Origin: Eledone cirrhosa | Taxonomy: Eukaryota | Length of the DNA stretch: 64,000 bases | Assembly (NCBI GenBank): GCA_964016885.1 | Contig: CAXHJY010001451.1 | Coordinates: 1-64,000, forward strand | Direction of reading: 5' to 3' | In this document: positions 1 through 10,735 of the stretch, piece after piece | How positions within the stretch are numbered: position 1 is the stretch's first letter | Layout: each line of letters begins with the position of its first letter | Translations under genes and position numbers: made by a program | The notes under the pieces: generated by a model | The model's input: the letters and a program-made list of their open reading frames with translations, nothing else | Told to the model about the DNA's origin: nothing | Databases searched by the model: none

Positions 1-26
1 GTGTGAGAGAGAGAGAGGTGGAGGGA

Positions 27-109
<83 letters not shown>

Positions 110-203
110 AGAGAGAGAGAGAGAGAGAGAGATTTCAGTGAAAAAAAGGGAGAAAAAGAGAGGGAAAGAGCATTAGAGATAGATGTGTTAGAGAGTGTCT
201 GTA

Positions 204-241
<38 letters not shown>

Positions 242-290
242 CATGCCCATATATATACATACACACATATATATATATATATATATACAG
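1..290. repeat. (GA)n and (TA/CA)n microsatellites
   Basis: Directly visible. Confidence 0.95.
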
Positions 291-313
291 ACACACTAAC
301 ACATCTCTCTCTA

Positions 314-920
314 AGTCAGGTCACCAGTTGGTGCTACTGGTAACATGTATCCCAGTACAACCTGTCTCATGGTTGGGTCGTTGGCGACTAAACTGACAAC
401 CCCACCAAGGTTTCTTGGTGAGGAGGGTGACTTTGGACATCCTGCAGGACTAAAAACAAAACCTGTCAAAGGGCAAAGGAGCTCTTAAGAGTCAATGGCC
501 ATCCAAAATCACCGGGAGAGATGACCCCTTAGCCTTTGTCAAGGCAGAATTCTAGGAGAAGGAAAACTCTGACATAACACCTGCAACCCTGATGGTATCC
601 AATGATGTTGACTTGTTCTTCTTTTTGGTAAATATCATCTTGGTTAAGAGAGTGGGACTGGCTTTGTGCAGTGCCTTTGCTCACTATAAAAGCTTCACGG
701 CACAGGCATTGCTTTATATCTGGAGATCTCTCTGCACTTGTCGTCACATGGTACCATGGGCCCAGCACTATGTGTCAGTAATTGTCACAAGTATAGTGTT
801 TGTACCAGAGTTTTTAAGTCGCTGGCTGGACTAAAAAGTCACTCGTTCAGCGCATTGGTAGGGGTTCTCCTACATGGATATAAAGTAGTGGCCGTACTCG
901 AAAACGAGTTGGCAGCCACC
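314..920 (+). mobile_element. ~600-bp non-autonomous element with RTE-like 5'UTR; full copy
   Basis: Contains CTAGGAGAAGGAAAACTCTGA, a motif I recall from RTE 5'UTRs; ends GAGTTGGCAGCCACC followed by (AT)n. Further copies at 42408-42840(-), 50891-51520(+), 51559-51968(+), 57078-57308(-), 57406-57858(-). Confidence 0.7.
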
Positions 921-1079
921 ATATATATATTTATATATATAAATGAAGTAAATCTGTCGGAAAGGTCCAGGAAAAAAGAGTGCTCTATGTAGGTTACAGA
1001 GCTTAATAGTTATGTAATAAACAACATAAGATAATTATTTCAATTTTAAAATCCACTGTCAATAAATTCACCAGGATTT

Positions 1080-1140
1080 TTTCATTCTGATGACTGAAAG
1101 CAAATTTTGTTTGCTTTCAAGAAACCACTGGTAAATGAAA
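1080..1140 (+). ncRNA. Type I hammerhead ribozyme motif (Penelope-like pLTR fragment)
   Basis: tttcatt-CTGATGA-[c tgaaagcaaa ttttg tttgctttca a]-GAAA-ccactgg-TA-aatgaaa. Stem I 7 bp, stem II 10 bp, GUA site at 1131-1133. Lies within an inverted repeat of about 1006-1042/1137-1172. Confidence 0.85.
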
Positions 1141-1206
1141 TAATTATCTTATGTTGTTTATTACATAACTATATATATATATGTGTGTATATGTTAGTCT
1201 ACAAAC

Positions 1207-1334
1207 CCTTTGCATGGCGTTAATCCAGTTAAGGCCCTGTTTGAGTGTGGATGGAGGTAGAACCATCTTAAAGAAAGTAGGACCTTCGTTTTCCGAGTCA
1301 TATGTTAGTAAGAGGCCCCTCACGTTAGTACTAT
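1207..1334 (-). CDS. ZFYVE21: ZFYVE21-like penultimate exon (STNVRGLLLTYDSENEGPTFFKMVLPPSTLKQGLNWINAMQR)
   Basis: 128 nt, acceptor poly-T tag, donor GTTTGT, phase 1/0. GLLLTY and WINAMQR resemble the recalled GMFLQY and WLVAMHK (PH C-terminal helix Trp). The stop-containing exon is not in the window. Confidence 0.9.
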
Positions 1335-1546
1335 CTAAAAAAAAAAATAGAAAAACGTGTATATGAAAATGAAATAAAAAAATTAAATTAAATTAAATTA
1401 ACTTTTAGAATATTAAAAAAATTTGAACAAAATAAAATATTTTAAAAAATTGAAAAATAAAATATACATATGTATATATACATATATATACACACACACA
1501 TATATATAATGCTTTAAGCAAATTACAACATTTGTGTGTATATATG

Positions 1547-1585
<39 letters not shown>

Positions 1586-1589
<4 letters not shown>

Positions 1590-4500
1590 AGGTAAAGTGT
1601 TTACCATAAAAATACAATAGTATATATAGAGTAATGTAAATGTTATGTGAGATATTATGTGAGGTAAAGCCTTTACTGTGACAATACAATAGTATATATA
1701 GAGTAATGTAAATGTTATGTGAGGTATTATGTGAGGTAAAGCCTTTACTGTGACAATACAATAGTATATATAGAGTAATGTAAATGTTATGTGAGATATT
1801 ATGTGAGGTAAAGCCTTTACTGTGACAATACAATAGTATATATAGAGTAATGTAAATGTTATGTGAGATATTATGTGAGGTAAAGCCTTTACTGTGACAA
1901 TACAATAGTATATATAGAGTAATGTAAATGTTATGTGAGATATTATGTGAGGTAAAGCCTTTACTGTGACAATACAATAGTATATATAGAGTAATGTAAA
2001 TGTTATGTGAGATATTATGTGAGGTAAAGCCTTTACTGTGACAATACAATAGTATATATAGAGTAATGTAAATGTTATGTGAGATATTATGTGAGGTAAA
2101 GCCTTTACTGTGACAATACAATAGTATATATAGAGTAATGTAAATGTTATGTGAGATATTATGTGAGGTAAAGCCTTTACTGTGACAATACAATAGTATA
2201 TATAGAGTAATGTAAATGTTATGTGAGGTATTATGTGAGGTAAAGCCTTTACTGTGACAATACAATAGTATATATAGAGTAATGTAAATGTTATGTGAGG
2301 TATTATGTGAGGTAAAGCCTTTACTGTGACAATACAATAGTATATATAGAGTAATGTAAATGTTATGTGAGGTATTATGTGAGGTAAAGCCTTTACTGTG
2401 ACAATACAATAGTATATATAGAGTAATGTAAATGTTATGTGAGGTATTATGTGAGGTAAAGCCTTTACTGTGACAATACAATAGTATATATAGAGTAATG
2501 TAAATGCTATGTGAGGTATTATGTGAGGTAAAGCCTTTACTGTGACAATACAATAGTATATATAGAGTAATGTAAATGTTATGTGAGATATTATGTGAGG
2601 TAAAGCCTTTACTGTGACAATACAATAGTATATATAGAGTAATGTAAATGTTATGTGAGGTATTATGTGAGGTAAAGCCTTTACTGTGACAATACAATAG
2701 TATATATAGAGTAATGTAAATGCTATGTGAGATATTATGTGAGGTAAAGCCTTTACTGTGACAATACAATAGTATATATAGAGTAATGTAAATGTTATGT
2801 GAAATATTATGTGAGGTAAAGCCTTTACTGTGACAATACAATAGTATATATAGAGTAATGTAAATGTTATGTGAGATATTATGTGAGGTAAAGCCTTCAC
2901 TGTGACAATACAATAGTATATATAGAGTAATGTAAATGTTATGTGAGGTAAAGACTTTACTGTGACAATACAATAGTATATATAGAGTAATGTAAATGTT
3001 ATGCGAGATATTATGTGAGGTAAAGACTTTACTGTGAAAATACAATAGTAAATACAGGGTAATGTAAATGTTATGTGAGGTATTATGTGAGGTAAAGCCT
3101 TTACTGTGACAATACAATAGTATATATAGAGTAATGTAAATGTTATGTGAGGTTAGGCCTTTACTGTGACAATACAATAGTATATATAGAGTAATGTAAA
3201 TGGTATGTGAGATATTATGTGAGGTAAAGCCTTTACTGTGACAATACAATAGTATATATAGAGTAATGTAAATGTTATGTGAGGTATTATGTGAGGTAAA
3301 GCCTTTACTGTGACAATACAATAGTATATATAGAGTAATGTAAATGTTATGTGAGGTATTATGTGAGGTAAAGCCTTTACTGTGACAATACAATAGTATA
3401 TATAGAGTAATGTAAATGTTATGTGAGATATTATGTGAGGTAAAGCCTTTACTATGACAATACAATAGTATATATAGAGTAATGTAAATGTTATGCGAGA
3501 TATTATGTGAGGTAAGGCCTTTACTGTGACAATACAATAGTATATATAGAGTAATGTAAATGTTATGTGAGGTAAAGCCTTTACTGTGACAATACAATAG
3601 TATATATAGAGTAATGTAAATGGTATGTGAGATATTATGTGAGGTAAAGCCTTTACTGTGACAATACAATAGTATATATAGAGTAATGTAAATGTTATGT
3701 GAGGTATTATGTGAGGTAAAGCCTTTACTGTGACAATACAATAGTATATATAGAGTAATGTAAATGTTATGTGAGGTATTATGTGAGGTAAAGCCTTTAC
3801 TGTGACAATACAATAGTATATATAGAGTAATGTAAATGTTATGTGAGATATTATGTGAGGTAAAGCCTTTACTATGACAATACAATAGTATATATAGAGT
3901 AATGTAAATGTTATGTGAGATATTATGTGAGGTAAGGCCTTTACTGTGACAATACAATAGTATATATAGAGTAATGTAAATGTTATGTGAGGTAAAGCCA
4001 TTACTGTGACAATACAATAGTATATATAGAGTAATGTAAATGTTATGCGAGATATTATGTGAGGTAAAGCCTTTACCATGAAAATACAATAGTATATATA
4101 GAGTAATGTAAATGTTATGCGAGGTATTATGTGAGGTAAAGCCTTTACTGTGACAATACAATAGTATATATAGAGTAATGTAGATGTTATGTGAGGTATT
4201 ATGTGAGGTAAAGCCTTTACTGTGACAATACAATAGTATATATAGAGTAATGTAGATGTTATGTGAGGTATTATGTGAGGTAAAGACTTTACTGTGACAA
4301 TACAATAGTATATATAGAGTAATGTAAATGTTATGTGAGATATTATGTGAGGTAAAGCCTTTACTGTGACAATACAATAGTATATATAGAGTAATGTAAA
4401 TGCTATGTGAGGTATTATGTGAGGTAAAGCCTTTACTGTGACAATACAATAGTATATATAGAGTAATGTAGATGTTATGTGAGGTATTATGTGAGGTAAA

Positions 4501-5350
4501 GACTTTACTGTGACAATACAATAGTATATATAGAGTAATGTAAATGTTATGTGAGATATTATGTGAGGTAAAGCCTTTACTGTGACAATACAATAGTATA
4601 TATAGAGTAATGTAAATGCTATGTGAGGTATTATGTGAGGTAAAGCCTTTACTGTGACAATACAATAGTATATATAGAGTAATGTAGATGTTATGTGAGG
4701 TATTATGTGAGGTAAAGACTTTACTGTGACAATACAATAGTATATATAGAGTAATGTAAATGTTATGTGAGATATTATGTGAGGTAAAGCCTTTACTGTG
4801 ACAATACAATAGTATATATAGAGTAATGTAAATGCTATGTGAGGTATTATGTGAGGTAAAGCCTTTACTGTGACAATACAATAGTATATATAGAGTAATG
4901 TAGATGTTATGTGAGGTATTATGTGAGGTAAAGACTTTACTGTGACAATACAATAGTATATATAGAGTAATGTAAATGTTATGTGAGATATTATGTGAGG
5001 TAAAGCCTTTACTGTGACAATACAATAGTATATATAGAGTAATGTAAATGTTATGTGAGATATTATGTGAGGTAAAGCCTTTACTGTGACAATACAATAG
5101 TATATATAGAGTAATGTAAATGCTATGTGAGGTATTATGTGAGGTAAAGCCTTTACTGTGACAATACAATAGTATATATAGAGTAATGTAGATGTTATGT
5201 GAGGTATTATGTGAGGTAAAGACTTTACTGTGACAATACAATAGTATATATAGAGTAATGTAAATGTTATGTGAGATATTATGTGAGGTAAAGCCTTTAC
5301 TGTGACAATACAATAGTATATATAGAGTAATGTAAATGCTAAAGGGTTAA
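1586..5350. repeat. 72-bp satellite (~52 units, some 60-bp variants) ending in AAAGGGTTAA
   Basis: Unit gtgaggtaaagcctttactgtgacaatacaatagtatatatagagtaatgtaaatgttatgtgagatattat; second array at 22878-23524. Confidence 0.95.
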
Positions 5351-5839
5351 TAGCTTGTGTGTTCAACTGACAACTTAACATCTTTAAGTCAATAGGTCTA
5401 GTCAGCCATTCCCTCTTCTTGCCTTTTATCCTGTCTGGCCCCATCATTGTCACCATGAGTGTAATAAAACTTGATATTCAACAGGAATAAGAACACCCAC
5501 TGTTTCATTTGGGTTGGTTTTCACTTCAGTATCTTTTATATCTCCATAGCTAATTTAGCTGGCAATCAATGTTTGTCATTTATTGACCAACAGTTAAAAA
5601 ATATAGATACAAATATACATATATATAGTCTATCAAAGTTCTTTCGTCACACACCTGTGACATCATCAGTGGTACAGTGACGGCGCTTTATGATCTGAGT
5701 TCAAATCCCGCCAATGTTAACTCTGCCTTTCATCCTTACGGGGTCGATAAAATAAAGTACCAGTCACGCACTGGGGTCGATTTAATCGACTTTCCCTTCA
5801 CCCAAAATTCTGGCCTCGTGCCTATATAAGAAACGATTA

Positions 5840-6885
5840 GTGAATTGGCAGTATCGGTAGAGGGTCGGACGCCATGCTTTCCAACAGAGTTACGTCCCTT
5901 TACGGTCTGAGTTCAAATCCCGCTGAGGTTAACTTTGCCTTTCATCCTTACTTGGGTTGATAAAATAAAGTACCAGTAATACACTGGGGTAATTGCTGGC
6001 CTTGTGCCAAAAGTAGAAACAGTTATTACAGGGTTGATAAAATAAAGTACCAGTAATACACTGGGGTAATTGCTGGCCTTGTGCCAAAAGTAGAAACAGT
6101 TATTACAGGGTTGATAAAATAAAGTACCAGTAATACACTGGGGTAATTGCTGGCCTTGTGCCAAAAGTAGAAACAGTTATTACAGGGTTGATAAAATAAA
6201 GTACCAGTAATACACTGGGGTAATTGCTGGCCTTGTGCCAAAAGTAGAAACAATTATTACAGGGTCGATAAAATAAAGTACCAGTAATACACTGGGGTAA
6301 TTGCTGGCCTTGTGCCAAAAGTAGAAACAATTATTACAGGGTCGATAAAATAAAGTACCAGTAATACACTGGGGTAATTGCTGGCCTTGTGCCAAAAGTA
6401 GAAACAGTTATTACAGGGTTGATAAAATAAAGTACCAGTAATACACTGGGGTAATTGCTGGCCTTGTGACCCTAAACTAGAAACAGTTATTACAGGGTTG
6501 ATAAAATAAAGTACCAGTAATACACTGGGGTAATTGCTGGCCTTGTGCCAAAAGTAGAAACAGTTATTACAGGGTCGATAAAATAAAGTACCAGTAATAC
6601 ACTGGGGTAATTGCTGGCCTTGTGCCCCCAAAAGTAGAAACAATTATTACGGGGTCGGTAAAATAAAGTACCAGTAATACACTGGGGTAATTGCTGGCCT
6701 TGTGCCCCTAAAAGTAGAAACAGTTATTACAGGGTCGATAAAATAAAGTACCAGTAATACACTGGGGTAATTGCTGGCCTTGTGCCCCTAAAAGTAGAAA
6801 CAGTTATTACAGGGTCGATAAAATAAAGTACCAGTAATACACTGGGGTAATTGCTGGCCTTGTGCCAAAAGTAGAAACAACTGTT
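5840..6885 (+). mobile_element. tRNA-like SINE with Meta-like central domain and 77-80-bp tandemly repeated 3' part
   Basis: B-box GAGTTCAAATC and GCCTTTCATCC..GGGGTCGATAAAATAAAGTACCAG; ~12 tail repeats. A truncated relative lies at 5680-5835. Confidence 0.8.
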
Positions 6886-6911
6886 ATTTCTGACAATATT
6901 ATAACAATATA

Positions 6912-7040
6912 TATCTATGGCGGGTAAAATTCCCGAGATCCATGGACGAGTTCCCTCCAGTGGTCTCTGTCCCTCATTATCGCTGCCATGTCCTGCGTCT
7001 CCAACAGACCAGTGTCTGTCCTTAGGGCATCAACATATAA
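6912..7040 (-). mobile_element. RTE-type LINE 3' end fragment
   Basis: Minus frame YVDALRTDTGLLETQDMAAIMRDRDHWRELVHGSREFYPP* has the DRxxW C-terminal motif. Confidence 0.7.
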
Positions 7041-7132
7041 CAATATGACCCTCCCCAAATGTAACAATATTTGTTCCAACACGTTTTCATCTCAAAAACT
7101 TTACAACACAAATTCATCGCTGTGTGTATGTA

Positions 7133-7214
<82 letters not shown>

Positions 7215-7220
<6 letters not shown>

Positions 7221-7997
7221 TAGCTTAGTGGTTAGAGCATTGGCCTTGCAATCGAAAGGTTGTTAGTTCAATTCTCAGACCGGGTGATGTGTTGTTTCCT
7301 TGAGCAAGACACTTTATTTCACATTGCTCCAGTTTACTCAGCTGATGATAATGAGATGATAGGGACTGGGGTCCATATCATTCCACTGCAAAGTGGTCGT
7401 GGAGGTGCCACGGCAAAAAAGCACCCAGCACTCACTGTAAAGTGGTCGTGGAGGTGCCACAGCAAAAAAAGCACCCAGCACTCACTGTAAAGTGGTTGTG
7501 GAGGTGCCACAGCAAAAAAGCACCCAGCACTCACTGTAAAGTGGTCGTAGAGATGTCACGGCAAAAAAGCACCCAGCACTTACTGTAAAGTGGTCATGGA
7601 GGTGCCACGGCAAAAAAGCACCCAGCACTCACTGTAAAGTGGCCGTGGAGGTGCCACAGCAAAAAAGCACCCAGCACTCACTGTAAAGTGGTCGTGGAGG
7701 TGCCACGGCAAAAAAGCACCCAGCACTCACTGTAAAGTGGTCGTGGAGGTGTCACGGCAAAAAAAGCACCCAGCATTCACTGTAAATTGGTCGTGGAGGT
7801 GTCACGGCAAAAAAAGCACCCAGCACTCACTGTAAAGTGGTCGTGGAGGTGCCACGGCAAAAAAGCACCCAGCACTCACTGTAAATGAGGTTGGTGTTAG
7901 GAAGGGCATCCAGCTGTAGAAATCAAGCCAGCATCAGTTCCCGTCCCACCCTTGCAAGCAGGGAGAAGCGGACGTAAAATAATGATGATGATGATGA
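7215..7997 (+). mobile_element. tRNA-derived SINE with CORE/V-like domain, 49-bp VNTR (~10 units) and RTE-type (GAT)n tail
   Basis: A-box-like TAGCTTAGTGG, B-box GTTCAATTC, CCTTGAGCAAGACACTT, VNTR agcacccagcactcactgtaaagtggtcgtggaggtgccacggcaaaaa. Confidence 0.85.
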
Positions 7998-8018
7998 TAC
8001 ATATAAATATACATATAA

Positions 8019-8061
<43 letters not shown>

Positions 8062-8192
8062 GTTTGGGAATTACAATTACCTGACACAGAGAGAGAGAGA
8101 AAAGTAGATAAAAATAACATAAGTTGAAATGTGCATATATGGTGCATATGTGCAGCATGAGGGGCTGTTGTGAAGGGAGGGGGTGGCTATGC

Positions 8193-8240
8193 AAAACAGC
8201 AACAGCTACAACAACTACAACAACAACAACAGCGGCGGCA

Positions 8241-8271
<31 letters not shown>

Positions 8272-8531
8272 CAGCAACAACAACACCAACAACAGTACCA
8301 ACAACAACAGCAGCAGCAACAACAGTAACAACAACAACAACAGTAACAACAACAACAACAGCAACAACAACAACAACAGTACCACCAACAACAACAACAA
8401 CACCAACAGTAACAACAACAACAACAACAGTAACAACAGCAACAACAACAACACCAGCAACAGCAACACCACCAGTAACAACAACAACAACAACAACGCC
8501 AGCAACAGCAACAACACCAGTAACAACAACA

Positions 8532-8566
<35 letters not shown>

Positions 8567-8571
8567 AACAA
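8193..8571. repeat. (CAA/CAG)n trinucleotide tract
   Basis: Directly visible; abuts the microexon donor. Confidence 0.95.
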
Positions 8572-8576
8572 CTTAC

Positions 8577-8585
8577 CTTCTTCCA
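8577..8585 (-). CDS. ZFYVE21: Candidate 9-nt microexon TGGAAGAAG (V-N-S becomes V-M-E-E-D-S)
   Basis: About 30-nt polypyrimidine tract (cccatttcttttccatttttcttatcttttc) + AAG acceptor, perfect AG|GTAAGT donor, phase 1/1, no stop codon. Confidence 0.6.
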
Positions 8586-8799
8586 CTTGAAAAGATAAGA
8601 AAAATGGAAAAGAAATGGGATTTTTTTTGTGAAAAATGACAATTTAAGGTTTTTACTAGGAAAATTGGGGAGAGGGGAGTTTTCTAGACAGTTCTACAGC
8701 CCTACCTACACATATATCTTCTTTGCCCTCTTATTTCTGAGAGGGTCACGGGGACACAGAGTCATCAAACACTCCTTCATGTCAGAAGCAACCATCTGG

Positions 8800-10407
8800 A
8801 GCTAACCACATGTCCATAGTATCAGAGCTGTGATCTCTCAATTCAGAGAAGTAACAGCTCTACCTGGAGTGACTCTCCAGTGATTCTTTCCTGAGATATT
8901 TTAACCACATGTCCATAGTATCAGAGCTGTGGTCTCTCAATTCAGAGAAGTAACAGCTCTACCTGGAGTGACTCTCCAGAGATTCCCTCCTGAGACATTC
9001 TAACCACATGTCCATAGTATCAGAGCTGTGATCTCTCAATTCAGAGAAGTAACAGCTCTACCTGGAGTGACTCTCCAGTGATTCTTTCCTGAGACATTCT
9101 AACCACATGTCCATAGTATCAGAGCTGTGATCTCTCAATTCAGAGAAGTAGCAGCTCTACCTGGAGTGACTCTCCAGTGATTCTTACCTGAGACATTCTA
9201 ACCACATGTCCATAGTATCAGAGCTGTGATCTCTCAATTCAGAGAAGTAGCAGCTCTACCTGGAGTGACTCTTTCCTGAGACATTCTAACCACATGTCCA
9301 TAGTATCAGAGCTGTGATCTCTCAATTCAGAGAAGTAGCAGCTCTACCTGGAGTGACTCTCCAGTGATTCTTACCTGAGACATTCTAACCACATGTCCAT
9401 AGTATCAGAGCTGTGATCTCTCAATTCAGAGAAGTAGCAGCTCTACCTGGAGTGACTCTCCAGTGATTCTTTCCTGAGACATTCTAACCACATGTCCATA
9501 GTATCAGAGCTGTGATCTCTCAATTCAGAGAAGTAGCAGCTCTACCTGGAGTGACTCTCCAGTGATTCTCTCCTGAGACATTCTAACCATATGTCCATAG
9601 TATCAGAGCTGTGATCTCTCAATTCAGAGAAGTAGCAGCTCTACCTGGAGTGACTCTCCAGTGATTCTCTCCTGAGACATTCTAACCACATGTCCATAGT
9701 ATCAGAGCTGTGGTCTCTCAATTCAGAGAATTAGCAGCTCTACCTGGAGTGACTCTCCAGAGATTCTTTCCTGAGACATTCTAACCACATGTCCATAGTA
9801 TCAGGGCTGTGATCTCTCAATTCAGAGAAGTAGCAGCTCTACCTGGAGTGACTCTCCAGGGATTCTTTCCTGAGACATTCTAACCACATGTCCATAGTAT
9901 CAGAGCTGTGATCTCTCAATTCAGAGAAGTAGCAGCTCTACCTGGAGTGACTCTCCAGAGATTCTTTCCTGAGACATTCTAACCACATGTCCATAGTATC
10001 AGAGCTGTGATCTCTCAATTCAGAGAAGTAGCAGCTCTACCTGGAGTGACTCTCCAGAGATTCTTTCCTGAGTCATTCTAACCTCATGTCCATAGTATCA
10101 GAGCTGTGATCTCTCAATTCAGAGAAGTAGCAGCTCTACCTGGAGTGACTCTCCAGAGATTCTTACCTGAGACATTCTAACCACATGTCCATAGTATCAG
10201 AGCTGTGATCTCTCAATTCAGAGAAGTAGCAGCTCTACCTGAAGTGACTCTCCAGTGGGTCTTACCTGAGACATTCTAACCACATGTCATAGTATCAGAG
10301 CTGTGATCTCTCAATTCAGAGAAGTAGCAGCTCTACCTGGAGTGACTCTCCAGTGATTCTTACCTGAGACATTCTAACCACATGTCCATAGTATCAGAGC
10401 TGTGATT
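8800..10407 (-). repeat. 99-bp satellite (~16 units) derived from a decayed RTE ORF segment
   Basis: Period 99 (9001/9100/9199). Minus translation ESLQVELLLL*IERSQL*YYGHVVRMSQERI resembles RTE EPLLLxIERSQLRWxGHVxRM. Confidence 0.85.
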
Positions 10408-10619
10408 TCTTCCATCATAATTTTATGTAAGAACCTTTGTTAAGTTATGTTCCATTAGAAATATGTTAAGAACCTTTGTTAAGTTATGTTCCATTAGAAA
10501 TATGTTAAGAACCTTTGTTAAGTTATGTTGTATTAGAAATATGGTAACGAAAGGGTTTAAAGGTCTTTCAAGTGTTAAACAATAACAAAAGCGCTAAAGA
10601 ATTAAAAGGGATCACTCAC

Positions 10620-10717
10620 TGACTGGGCTGTTAGGGTCCGTTATCACCTGGACCCTGTCTACCTTGCAGATGAGAATAGAATCTCGTACTTGGGTCTCGC
10701 TCTCATACAGCAGGTAC
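10620..10717 (-). CDS. ZFYVE21: ZFYVE21-like exon 5 (R-YLLYESETQVRDSILICKVDRVQVITDPNSPV)
   Basis: 98 nt, acceptor ctattactctag, donor GTGAGT, phase 2/1, frame-continuous with exon 4. Confidence 0.9.
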
Positions 10718-10735
10718 CTAGAGTAATAGATATAT

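Noticed and set aside
529-834. Recurring 79/80-aa ORFs (also at 42498, 51238, 51575, 57495)
   Set aside because: They recur only because the repeat is young; no domain motifs, and they overlap on both strands.
1405-5456. 1302-, 767- and 495-aa ORFs
   Set aside because: Stop-free frames of a 72-bp (multiple of 3) satellite inside an intron; several frames are open at once.
5631-5680. Hammerhead-like CTGATGA-t-gtcac..gtgac-GAAA on the minus strand
   Set aside because: Extra nucleotide after the core and no stem I/III partner; at best a decayed fragment.
8124-8642. Poly-T/N/C/L ORFs
   Set aside because: Translations of the (CAA)n tract.
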